A stretch of 64,000 nucleotides of DNA from the human T2T-CHM13v2.0 reference genome, Homo sapiens, in assembly GCF_009914755.1 (NCBI RefSeq), contig NC_060936.1; one strand, written 5' to 3'. The position numbers and the translations under genes are program-made. The notes below the pieces were generated by a model that saw nothing but the letters and a program-made list of their open reading frames with translations, was not told where the DNA came from and made no database searches. This document shows, in pieces, positions 1 through 13,432 of the stretch (positions are counted from its first letter, which is position 1; every line of letters starts with the position of its first letter).

Positions 1-1320
1 CCTTAGCTATGTATGACACATTAACTACATCTCCACTCTCCCATCCTCATGGTAAGGCTGGTGATAAGATGTTGACAACAATGAGCAAAACCTTGCATCA
101 ACTTGGTAAGGATGACCTTGAATTCTGCTGTGTTTGCTCAGTTATGGTCAGTTAAGTTTTAATGGGGACATAAATCAACAATGCTTCTATTCTGCTTTAA
201 TTCCACACCTATTGGTTTCCATGTCAGCTCAATGTCTCTGTAGAGACAAAGAAAACTCAAGGTTTCAGGGAGGACCACTCAGCCAGAACGATTAGTGGGA
301 ACTTGGTTCACTTCAGAAAATCTTTTCTTAGCTCTCTGTCAGAACCAAAGCCAGTAATTTTCTGTTCTTAGATTTATTTTTAGAAATCTTGTTCCAAGTA
401 TTTGATGTTTTCTATAAAACTTCTAAAAAATAAAACATTAAACAAAAATTATCAGTGTTGTATTCTACTTTAAGATATAAATCACAATTAAAATGTCATA
501 GACATCAAGAGAATTATATTTTATCTTCTGATAATAAGGACATAGAGCAAAATTGTAAAGTAGGCAGTTTGTCTTTGATGTTCATCCCTTTATTTGCTTC
601 ATTTCCCATGTGTTTTGTTTTTTGGCCCTTCTACTCCTGGATATCCTTCAACTTTTTCCTTGTCCTGTACAGAACACAGACCTGCCTCCAATCTGTCATT
701 TCCTCAATGCTTTCTCATATTACAAAATGCACTCCTGAACACTGCTAAGGGTTCCTGTGCTAACCTTACCAATGCCGGGTGCATTTTACTGGGAGTCAGA
801 GTCCCTGTGGAGAGCTCATGCCAAAAGCAAACAAGTCCAGTTGTAGAACTGCAGGTGTTTGTGTGCCAAGAGAGGAAGCATTTTGTGGGTTTGCAGATCT
901 TTAGGCCCCTGATGTCAGAGTATACAGCTCAGCACCCATGTAGCAAGACTGCTCAAGGGTCCTAAATCAAGCCACTTAAGCCAGATATTCCTCAAGATAT
1001 CTTGGTGTTGCCTTTGTACTGGGGTATCCATTTATAGATATTCTCAGTCCTCTATTCAACCCTCATAGGCAATGCCCAACATGAGACAGTTTCATGAATG
1101 ATTAAAACAAGTTCATCAATCATTCTGTTTACTTGCAAATATAAATACTTGAAGTATAGACTCCATTGTTATTTTCTTCCTAACCTGAGGCTTTATTTCT
1201 TTGATAGCCTGTCCTGAATTTTTTCAAACTATTGTTTCTGTATTCAAACTCTCCTTTTTCTTATTACCTAAGTCATATGATCAGTTACATTTTTTGTAAG
1301 AAATTGATCTTTTTGCCCAG

Positions 1321-1463
1321 GTTAATTCAGAATTGGTGGACTAGAAGAAAAGTACGACAAGAACATGGACCTGAAAGGAAAATAAGTTTCCCACAATGGG
1401 AAAAGGACTATAACCTTCAGCCGATGAATGCCTATGGACTCTTCGATGAATACTTAGAAATGA
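1321..1463 (+). CDS. ANO4: ANO4 internal coding exon (LIQNWWTRRKVRQEHGPERKISFPQWEKDYNLQPMNAYGLFDEYLEM)
   Basis: ttttgcccag acceptor and gtatgg donor; anoctamin motif QWEKDYNL...LFDEYLEM; phase joins the next exon (A+TT=Ile). Confidence 0.95.
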
Positions 1464-1679
1464 GTATGGAAATATTCTACTTTATCTTATTAATTATAAA
1501 TTTTAGATCTCCAGGTATATTCAACTAAACATATACCCGTTATCATCAAGGTCCTCAGTGCGTAGGGATTCCTAAGGCAAACAGAGAGGAAGGCATGTCC
1601 TGCTTAAACTGTGCTACACTTACATTTAAGGAATCAGATTTCTCTGGAATCAAACCGAAGCTATTTCTCTTAGCACGTA

Positions 1680-1931
1680 TCTAAGACCATGGGCTTTGGA
1701 AGTAAATTATCTGGGTTCAAATCCCAGCCCTATCATTTATTAACGGTGAAACTTTGGGCAATTACTTAATCTCTCTTTGTCTCAGTTTCCTCATCTCTAA
1801 AGTGGGAATAATAATAAGAGGAACCATTTCATAAAGTCTTTGTGTGGATTAAATGAGTTAATGCATGAACATGACTTAGAGCAATGCCTAGCTCACTATG
1901 TACTTGGTACATGTTACTTATATCATTATTA
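1680..1931 (+). mobile_element. MIR SINE
   Basis: ctgggttcaaatcccagc...ctcagtttcctcatctctaaaagtggg...ttaaatgagttaat core. Confidence 0.85.
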
Positions 1932-2667
1932 TTCTCTTATTCTTTTTGTCTTCTGGAGGGAAAGGCAAATAAAATATCTTAGATAAATTAAGTATGAATA
2001 TATTTTCTTTCATTATTAAATTGAATATGTATATATTTCCTTTCATTTTAAGCTCTAACATAGGAGTGGAAATGAGGGAAGGGCTGGGCAAGAACCATTT
2101 CTTCTAAAGGTAGCAGTTCTTTCTGGTCAAATTAGAAATTTAAAGGAATAGTAGAATTGATGCTTAATGTTTCTTAAATTGCTTATGTTCTAAGTATCTA
2201 CTTATGTCTTTAGAGTTTCAATTATAGAATGGAAGAATGATATAACCTAGGGAAGAAATCAATTTGGACATTAAAAATAAAACTTAATAAAGAGAATTCA
2301 TTAAGAGAACTAACCACTTTGAGATCCTTAATGGATTCTTCTCCCATAAAGAAGACAATGAACAATAATGTTGGTATATTGAGTGCTTAAAAAGAACCTT
2401 TTATGTGGCTAGAATTTGGTAGTGCTCCAAATCCTGAAGTATCTTTGCAACACAAAACAAATCTCAGAAGTATCACAAGCAGACTGATGAGTTCTAACTG
2501 CTCACTTCTGTTCTTTTGTTTTTGCTATTTTCTTAATAACTTCCCCACTTTGTTATGTACTTTAAAATGTATTCACTGAAGTATAATAGTGGAAAAGTGT
2601 ATATAAGTGTAGAGACCAATGAGTTTTTGCAAATTTACACACAAATGTAACCAAATATATGTAGATG

Positions 2668-2865
2668 AGAGGTTGGCAAACTATTGCCTGCAGGTCAGAT
2701 TCAGCCCACTGCCTGTTTTTGTAAATAAAGTTTTATTGGAACACAGCAACTCCCATTTATTTACATATTATTTGTGGCTGCTTTGGCACTGCAACAGTAG
2801 AGTTGGGTAGTTGTGTCAGAAAGTGGCTGGTCTGCAAAGCCTTCTTTATTTCTAGAAAATGTTGC
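2668..2865. mobile_element. MER58-like hAT-Charlie DNA transposon within an old L1M
   Basis: gttggcaaact...cctgtttttgtaaataaagttttattggaacacagc motif. Confidence 0.7.
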
Positions 2866-3543
2866 TACCCAGTGAGCTAGATCAAGAAATAGAATATTAT
2901 CAATATCAAAGAAGACTTCTTTGTCCCCTCTTCCATTTATAACACCCTCTCTAACCACTTTCCTGACTTCTAACACCATAGATTAACTTTACCTTTGTTA
3001 TTCTCCATTTAAATGTAATTGTAGAGTACATACCCTTTGTAGTTGGCTTGTTTCATTCAACATCATCTTTCTAACATTCTCCCATTTTGCTACAGGTAGT
3101 AGAACTTCATTTTATTGCTGTATAGTATTCCTAGAATGTAGACCAGGAGCCAAATTATGAAACAGGAGTTTGTCTTTGACACCCACCCTCATCTTTCCTT
3201 AGTCATGTGGGTTTTTCTGTTTGTTTGTTTTGTTTTGTTTGCATTTCCACTCCCAGATGAGCCCCAACTTTGTCCCCTGCTGCCCTGACACAGCACACAG
3301 ACCCCTATACCACCATCAATCCCTCAACCCTCCACATATCATGAAATGTACTCCTGAGCACTCTAAATAATAATATGCTAGGTAACTGCATTTTAACAAA
3401 AGCAAAGCCTCTGCCAAGCTTGAGTCAGGAAAAAAAAAAAGGCAAATTCACTTGTAGAAGTGAAGACATCAGTGAGCCAAAAGATGAGCTATTTTGTGAG
3501 TTTGCAGATCTTCTAGGCTCCTGAATAATAATGTACTGTTATT

Positions 3544-3843
<300 letters not shown>

Positions 3844-4922
3844 CTATTATTTATCCATCCATTCTACTGCTGATAGACACTTGTGTTGTTTCCAAATTTA
3901 GGCTCTTATAAATAATACCTTTACGGCATTTTTGTACATGTATTTTGATTAACATACGTAGATGTTTTTATTAAGAATTTACATAAGAGTGGAGTTAGGA
4001 GGCCATAGATATGCATTTGTTTGTCTTTAATAAACACTTGAAAACAGTCTTCAAAACTGGGCTGTGCCAGTTTATACTCTGGCTAATAGTAGAACAGTTC
4101 CAGTTATTCCACAAACTTACTAAAACTTGCGTTCGTATTTTAGCCATTTGGGTTGGTATGCAGCAGTATCTCATCATGATTTTAACTTGAAATTTTATGA
4201 TAACTAATAATGCTGAGCACCTTTTCATATGCTTATAGTTATTTGGATAAACTTGTGAATTTATATTCAAGCCCATGTTTTTTTTGTGGGTATCTGTCTT
4301 TTCCTTAGGGATTTGTTATTTATATATTCTGGATATCAATTATTTGTCAGATATATATGTTGAAAATTAAATATCACTTCTCAGTGGTTGGCTTGACTTC
4401 TCATTCTAATGGTGTGTTTAAATGAAAAGAAATTTCAGCTTCATTCTTCTTCAAAATTGTTGCCATATAAGTTTTAGAACCAGATTTCTAATTTCTATAA
4501 AAATCTTACTGAAATATTAGTTGGGATTAAATTGAACTCCTACATCAATTTGAAGATATTTGATGTTTCCCCAGTCCATGAAAATGGTATACCTTTGCAT
4601 TTATTTATGTCTTTTTACATTTTTCTCAGCAATACTTTTTGTAGATTTTAGTATATAGGTTTTGTAAAATTTAGATTAGAGTTGTTTCTAGGCACCTTAG
4701 GAATCTTTGTGCAACTGCAAATGATGTTTTTATTGTTTTATTTTCTAATGTTTTGTTACTAATAATATACAGAAATATTGTTGTTTTGTATGTTTGCTTA
4801 TGCAAACTTGCTAGCATCTAATGTCAATTAGAGTTGCTTATATATTTTTTGAGATTTTCTACCATATATACATAATTGTATCATCCACATATAATGATAA
4901 CTTTACATTTTCCTTTTTAGTC

Positions 4923-4925
<3 letters not shown>

Positions 4926-4968
<43 letters not shown>
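4926..4968. repeat. (TA)n microsatellite
   Basis: directly visible. Confidence 0.95.
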
Positions 4969-4971
<3 letters not shown>

Positions 4972-6323
4972 TTTTGTTCTTGCCTAAATGCACTAAGACC
5001 TTTTATATAATGCTGGATAAAATTGATGATACTGGACATCATTGTTTCTGACCTGAGGGTGAAAGTGTTCAATATGTTACCATTAAGTGTGGTGCTAGCT
5101 GTATTGTTTTGTACATACTTTTTATTATTTCCTTAAAGAAGTTTTCATATATCCCTAGGTTGCTGAGAGTTATTATCATGACTAGTATTACATTATATCA
5201 TGTCATTTTTCTGAATCTATTGAAATGATTATGTGATTTTTTAAAAATTTTTACTAATGTGGTGGATTTCATTGATTATTTTTTGTTGTTAAAAAGTTGT
5301 TAAACTAACCTAGCAAACTTGGAAAAAATGCCCACTTGGGTCACCATGCATTTTTTTAATTACTAAGTTCAATTTGCTGATATTTTGCTTATGATATTTA
5401 TATATACATTCATGGAAGATATTATAGTGTAGTTTTTCTTTCTTGTAACGTTTCATTTAGATTTGGGTATCATTTTTATGATAGCCCTTTAAAATGATTG
5501 GGTAATTATTTTTCTCTTAAGCAGTTTACATAAGATTACTATTATTTCTTTCTTACATACTTGGAAGAATTTACAATGAAGTAGCAGGACTTGAAATTTT
5601 CTTCACAGGAAGAACTTTAATTATAGATTTATTTTACTTAATAGATATAGGACTATTTCATTTTTTTGTTTCTTCTAGCATCTGTTTTCATAAGCTGTGT
5701 TTTAGTCATGTATTTTTTCAAGAAACTTGTTCATTTCATCTAAATTTTCAAACTTAGCAGCGTAAAATTGTTTATATATCTCCTTATTAACTTTTTATGT
5801 ATCTAGGGTGTATAGTGATGCCCTTTCTTTCACTTATAATTTCATAGTTTGTGCTTTTCTCCCTTTTTTAAAACAGTACCTTAGAGGTTTATTAATCTTT
5901 TCAAAAGAAAAACTAACTTTGGTCTTTGTTGATTTTTCTCTACTACACATTTGCCTTTTGGTTCATTCATTTCTGCTCTTATCTTTATTTCCCTCCTTTA
6001 CTTCCTTTGGGCTTAATTTCACTTTTTTTCTCAGCATCTCAAGATGCTGATTTTCAGATTTTCTTTTTTTCTAATATAGGCATTCAGAGCTATAATGTTC
6101 TCTATAAATACTGCTTTGGCTGTATCCCACAAGTTTTTATATATTGATTTTATTAGCAAAACATTTTCCATTTCCCTTGTAATTTATTTTCGACTATGCA
6201 TTTTGAAGGAATGCATTAGTATCAAAACATCTAAAGAGTTTTGATATATTGCTCTGTCATTGATTCTAATTTAATTACACTGTTATCAGAGTATATTCTC
6301 TACGTTATTTCAGGCTTTCGATA

Positions 6324-6386
<63 letters not shown>
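6324..6386. repeat. (TA)n(TG)n(TA)n compound microsatellite
   Basis: directly visible. Confidence 0.95.
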
Positions 6387-7549
6387 AAAAGATTTACCTT
6401 ATGCTCCTTTATACCATCTATGTTGATATATGTTTCAAGTATGTTCTGCATTTAGTTGTTTGGTATAATGGTCTACATTTTTATGTCAATTAGGCAAGAT
6501 TGGTTAATTGTGTTTTTCAAATCTTCTAAGTCCTTGTTAAATATTGTGCCTCTTATCTACTAGTTACATGCTTGAAATCCCCAAGTATGATTGTGGATTT
6601 GTCTTATTCTATTTTTAGTTCAGTCAACTTTTGCTTTATGTAATTTGAAACTGGGTTATTATGTACATACAAGTTGGATTATTCTGACTTACTGTTGAAT
6701 TGGTGTTTTTATCATTATGTAAAGTAATTATTGAATAATGCAACACTTTGAGGATATGATGGGCAGGAGGCTGAAGAGCTAACCTTAAAACCTTTCAAAG
6801 GGCAGAAGTGAGCCTCTTATTGCCTCTCAGAGCTAAGGAGATAGGGACCCAGCAGTTTCTCAATCACAGCAAAGGAACAAGAACAAATCAAAGGTGGAGT
6901 AAGCTTTACAAACACTCTATGCCAGCACTAGCCCAGCTTAATCTGTGACCAGCTTTAAGTGATTTCTCTTATCTGCCTAACATCACCAGGAGGAATTCTT
7001 TCTTTATGGTAGAAAAGAACATCACTGAAAGCGGAGTATCACAAATTTGTTCCTAAAGAACTAGATAGTAAATAATTTTGGCTTTTTGAGCCAATGGCAA
7101 AATCAAGGCTATTTTGTAGACACTTTTACAGCCATTTAAAATATAGCCATTTAAAATGTAAAAACTATTCTTAGCTCACAGATGGTTAAAAAAGAAAATC
7201 AGATGGTTGGTCAAATTTGGCCACAGGCCATAGTTTGCTGACCCTTGATCTAGAGCCTCTACATGTGTGGCATACAATAAAAAGATTACTAGGTATGCAA
7301 AAAGGCAAGAAAATGTGACTAATAATCAAGAGGAAAAAGGAGACCCAAAGATGATTCAGAAATTGGGTTTAGCACACAGAGACTTTCAAATAGCTATGAT
7401 TTACGTATAAAAATAGAAGAAAATACTGACAAAAATGATTGAAAAATTAAGACTTTTGAAAGAGAATTAAAATCTATAAAATAACTCTAGAATTGCAAAA
7501 TATAAATCTGGAATTAAGAACTCATTTGATATGTTTAATAGCAGATTGA

Positions 7550-7837
7550 GGCTGGGTACGGTGGCCCACGCCTGTCATCCCAGCACTTTGGGAGGCCAAG
7601 GTTGGTGGATCACCTGAGGTCAGGAGTTCGAGACCAACATGGCGAAATCCTGTCTGTACTAAAAATACAAAAATTAGCTTGGTGGTGCGTGCCTGTAATC
7701 CTAGCTGCTCTGGAGGCTGAGGCAGAGAATCAGTTGAACTGAGGAAGTGGAGGTTGCAGTGAGCTGAGATCATGCCACTGCACTCCAGCCTGGGCGACAA
7801 GAGCGAAACTCTGTCTCAAAAAAAAGAAAAAGAAAAA
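7550..7837 (+). mobile_element. AluS inserted in an old + strand L1M fragment
   Basis: Alu dimer; TSD agcagattga. Confidence 0.92.
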
Positions 7838-8270
7838 TGAGCAGATTGACTTAGCGTAAGACAGTAAATTAGTGAACTTGAAGACAAGTCAATAAAAAGA
7901 AAATCCAAACAAGCCCAGAGAAAAGAACAGAAAAACAGAGCAGAAAACATAAGAAACATGCAAAACAGCCAAAAAGGCTGAAATATTTGTAAGAGAAGTC
8001 CTAGAAAGAATTAAAGAATGAGAAAAAGTGATATTTGAAGATGTAATGTCTGAGAAAGGGTAAATTAAAAGGAGGTAAACTTATATATTAGAATATAAAA
8101 CAGTTAAAAGTTGAACTAGGTCTATATAGATCAAGATAATATCTCAAAATTATCATGTGATATGAACAGGGCAAAAAAATTGTAAATAATGATATTATGT
8201 AAAGTTTAGGCACAAAAATTATTTACATGATATATGCACTATGTATAATTTATTGATATATGGATATTCA

Positions 8271-8315
<45 letters not shown>

Positions 8316-10094
8316 GAACTGGAAGGATGCATGCAAAACTCATGTCAGCAATTGTCTCTATGAAGGGAGAGGAAACCACTCAAGAGCAAAAATAGAGGAG
8401 AATTCAGTTTTATCTATATAGTATTTATTTTATTTATAAAAAGATATTAAGCAGGTATGACAAAATGTTACCAAGAGTTAATACTAACTCTTCCATGGGT
8501 ATATGGAAGTTTGTTATATCATTCTTTATGCTTTCCAATATTTAAAAGTTTTTTCCCAAAGAATTTTTAAAAATTAATCTACCTCTATGCTACAAGTCTC
8601 TTCCCTTGAAAAAAAAAAAAGCAGCAGTTAATGGGCATTAATCACTTCAAGACCAATATCATGTGGGTCACCTTTTAGCTATGTAAAAATGATTGGTTGG
8701 TTTGGTTTTAGGCCATAATATTTAACTAGATAATGAAACTCATTAGGTGTCAGATAAACAAAAACTACCAATGAATTAAACACATTTTCTTTTTAAACTT
8801 GCAGTTATTTTCATTATAAATATAACCTGAAAGAACTAAACTCTAGTTGCTTTTTCTGTCCATAACATCCATTACTGTTAGTGATTGTAAGAATTATCTC
8901 TGTCAGTTTTATTTCTACCTGATAGGTTTTCTTTGTGTTCTGGCCTTCGTTGTAATTACATGTCAGTCATTGAACCAGCATTATTTGGTACCTGACAAGT
9001 CCTTCCCATACACAAAACCCCTGTAGTGAGTATGTAGGAAAAAGAAACATAAAGAAGTTGCTGTTTCTACTTTCATGAAGCTCACTGCAAAAGGGGAAAA
9101 AGGCAAAACGCCGTAAAATCAAGACAAAGTAAGTTTTATGGTGGTGAGCAGAGTTGTGGCAGCTACAGAGGAGGTAGTAGTTAATTACAATTATGAAAGA
9201 CTCAAGAGGGTATATTTGAGTACTCTTGAAGGTAGAATGACTACTTCATCAAAGTAGTCATAGCAACACTAAGTGCATATATGCTGTATCCCCATAAAAT
9301 CAGAAGACTAGTGTGGCCAGAGTAGAGGATTGTTTGGGAAACCTGTTTTCTGTGTGGGGTGTATTTGGACATGAGGCTTGGAAGTTTGCTTGGAGTCAAT
9401 TTATTGAGATCCTTGAATGGCATGGTGAAGTTTCGGATTTATTCTGCAGCCAGTGAGAACCTACTGAAACATTTTGTGTAGGGAGATGAGTGATGGGGTT
9501 GAACCAACATTTTAGGCACACTGACAGCAGAATGATAGGGAAGGGAGCTGAAAGTTTGGAGGCAAAAAAGTCAGTTAGAAAATCAGAGTCTGAACTCAAG
9601 TGGGGACAGTGGAGAGGAGGGAGAAATGAGAGACATTTTTGAAGAGTAATTGTCAGGACTAGGAGGCTAATGGTTCTGAAGGCTAAGCTAGCAGAGACCT
9701 GGTTTTTATGCAAGTTGATTCAGAAGGGAGGAAACGAGAAGGGACATAAAAGGATAAATACGTTCAAGGATGAGGTTCAGAGATTGGTTTGGGGAGTGCT
9801 GTTTCTGTAGCATTACAGACAACTGGAAATTCCCTGAAAAGAGTCAGGGTTAGCGATAGAGAATTGAGAACCCTTATCAGAGAGATAATAATGAAGTCAT
9901 AGGAGTAGATGGACTTACCAAGGAAAGAGAGAAGGCAGGAGAAAAATAAAACCAAGGTTGAAACAGAAGGGAACGCCCACATCTATTTGTGGGTAAAGAG
10001 CCACCTAGCACAAGCACTAAGTGTGAATGTGACCAAAGACAGGGGACACCTGGAGGTGGCAGTGTAACCAAGATGAGGTAGATGGACTCTGCAG

Positions 10095-10285
10095 AACTCT
10101 GGAGCTACAACGCTGGGATTAGAGTCCTTTCTTACTTAACTTGTTTTGGGCAAGTTACCTGACCTCTTTGTGCGTCGGTTTCCTTACCTGTAAAATGAGG
10201 ATAATAGTAGTACCCACCACCTAAGGTTGTCATGAAAATTAAATGAGTTAGTGTATATGAAGTAATTAGAACAATGCCTGTTTTT
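10095..10285 (+). mobile_element. MIR SINE
   Basis: ttgggcaagttacctgacctct...tttccttacctgtaaaatgaggataatagta core. Confidence 0.8.
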
Positions 10286-11003
10286 ACATAGAAAATGCTA
10301 TATATGTGTAGTCATTGTTTTGTTGTTGTTACTTTCTAAAATAAAGTTTGTAAATATATTTTTTACTATTTTTACAGTCATATATGTATATATACATAGT
10401 CATTCAAACAGCCAAATACTTTTTGTCCATGATGCCCAGTAAATTTTATTTTTTTATTTTCCATTATGATGACTGGTTGTTTTGCATCAGAAACCACCTC
10501 CTTTTGAAAAAATTTTTATTTTGCAAGTTGCAAAAAGAGTAGTTTCTATACCTTACTTTTGCTAATGTTAACATCTTACATATTTATTAAAACAAGAAAA
10601 GTTAAGAATACAATGCTATTGTCTAATCCACAGACCTTATTTGAATTTTGCATTTTCCCAGTAATAACTTTTTTCTTGTTCACAATACTTCCAAGATCCA
10701 GCATTGCATTTAGATATGTTGTCTCCTTAGTTTCTTTTAATCAATGACAATTCCTCAGTCTGTCTTTGTTTTTCATGATCTTGACATATTTGCAGAGTAT
10801 TTGTCAGTAGTTTTGGAAAAGCTCCTTCAATTCAGGTTTGTCTCGTGCGTTTGCATAATTGGGTTGGGGTTATTCATTTTTGGCAAGAATACCACTTAAG
10901 TGATGTTATACCCTCCTCAGTGCATCATATCGGGGTGTGTAACATCATTATGTCTTGTTACTGGTGATATTTACTTTGATCACTTGGTTAAAATTATGTT
11001 TTC

Positions 11004-11315
<312 letters not shown>

Positions 11316-12047
11316 GATGTTTTCCAGGTTCCTCTGCTAAAAAGTTTCTGTTTTGTAATTAGTAAAAGTTATGTGAGGAGATACTCTGAGAATCTACAAA
11401 TATCCTAGTTTCTTCAATACACTTCCCCCTACTAATTTTAGCATTCTTTGATATTTCTTGCCTACAAAAATTATTACTGTGATGTTTGACTAATGGTGAT
11501 TTTTTAATTTTCATAGTTCCTCCTATGTTGATTAATTAGAATTCTACCATAAGGAAGAGCCACCCCTTATCTCCCATTTATTTATTTAATCACTTATTTA
11601 CGTAAGTATATATTTACATCAGTCTGGACTTAGATACTTAGTCTTTGGGTCATAATCCCATGCTTTCATTATTAATATTCTTTCATACAAATTGTTCCAG
11701 ATTTGGCCGTTAGGGGTGCCTTCAAGTTTGTTCTGTGTCCTATTGGCATGTCCCCATCATTTGTTGAGCATTTCCTTCCTTTCTGGCATCACAAGATGTC
11801 CCAGGCTTCTCTTGTATTGTCCCTACCGTAGCTCTGGAATCAAACCATCCTCCAAGGAACACTGATTCCTTTGGTTAGAGAATGATATTTAGGAAACAAG
11901 ATCTGGATCCTAGGTGTGCTCATAGCTCCCAGGATTCCGTTGCTTCCAGGCCCAGGAAGTGCCTCTTTTTCCAGTCTCCTGGCCATCTTTCTGGAAGAGA
12001 TATCCCCTGTGCGTCTGTATTGGGAAAAATGGGACTTAAGACAATAA

Positions 12048-12338
<291 letters not shown>

Positions 12339-13284
12339 TAAAAGCCACAAACTTTAGATTTTTAATTATGTTTTCCATTTAATATAATTCACCTAATTTT
12401 TGCAAAGAATAATTATATTAGTTTTAAATAATATTAGACAAGAAGTAAAGCTACCTATTTGGAAGTTTATAATTTCCAGTGCTAGAGAATTTGTGCTTAA
12501 ATAGAGTCTCAATTTGATTATTTCTATCTTAAGATTCTAGAATCTAAAATTTAGATTTATTATCACTTATATCCTTTTTAAAATAGATCTTCCATTTGCT
12601 TAACCTTGATTTGTTCTTTCCTAAATGTTTGCCTGATTTACATGAAGTATAATCCAGTTTTTCTAACGGCAGAGATGAACTTTGGTCTTTGACTAGAGAT
12701 GCTAAGTTGAATCAGATGCAGCTCGCATGAGAGCTGCCTGAGATCAAAGACTGTCTTTTATTCATTTCTGCATTCAGTGCTTAGCACAGAGCAGGCAGTC
12801 ACCCAGCCAATATGTGTGGAAGAGAATTGCATGTGGATGTTATTGTTAATGACGTCTTTTAACCTCCACATGAAACAAGCACACATTCTGTGAGCACCTA
12901 CCCTGGGTCAGTGTGTTATTGGCAGGGCCCACAAAGATGAACAGAGGGACCAAATCCATACCCTTAAGGAGCTCCCAGTCTGGTGGGGCTTGACATTATG
13001 TGTGCTGATCCTATCAGATGGTATTTTGGTGCCTTATCATTAACCAGAATTCTCTGCCTCATGTCTGATCCTGACTATTAAGTCACAAGCATATAGACAC
13101 TCCCATAGAAACTCCCTCAATGCCAAGTTGTTTGCACAAATCTTTCCTCCTGGTTGCAACTGTCAGTATTTGGAAAGATGAAGAAAGGACCCATGAAAAG
13201 GACTTTTAAAAATTAATTCCATTTTTTCATAATTATCACCTCTGTTTTGTGTATGGAACTAACACAACACTTCTATTTGAATAG

Positions 13285-13432
13285 GAATTTGGTATGGAAT
13301 TCTTGAAGGCATTGGAATTCTCTCTGTTATCACAAATGCATTTGTCATAGCGATAACATCTGACTTTATCCCTCGCTTGGTGTATGCTTATAAGTATGGA
13401 CCTTGTGCAGGCCAAGGAGAAGCTGGGCAAAA
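13285..13432 (+). CDS. ANO4: ANO4 coding exon ([49 protein letters not shown])
   Basis: atag acceptor, gtaagt donor; not in the ORF track, translated by hand; anoctamin motif [18 protein letters not shown]; phases match both neighbours. Confidence 0.95.

Noticed and set aside
455-965. Overlapping 97-aa and 123-aa ORFs
   Set aside because: Non-ATG starts, no recognisable domain, intronic to ANO4.
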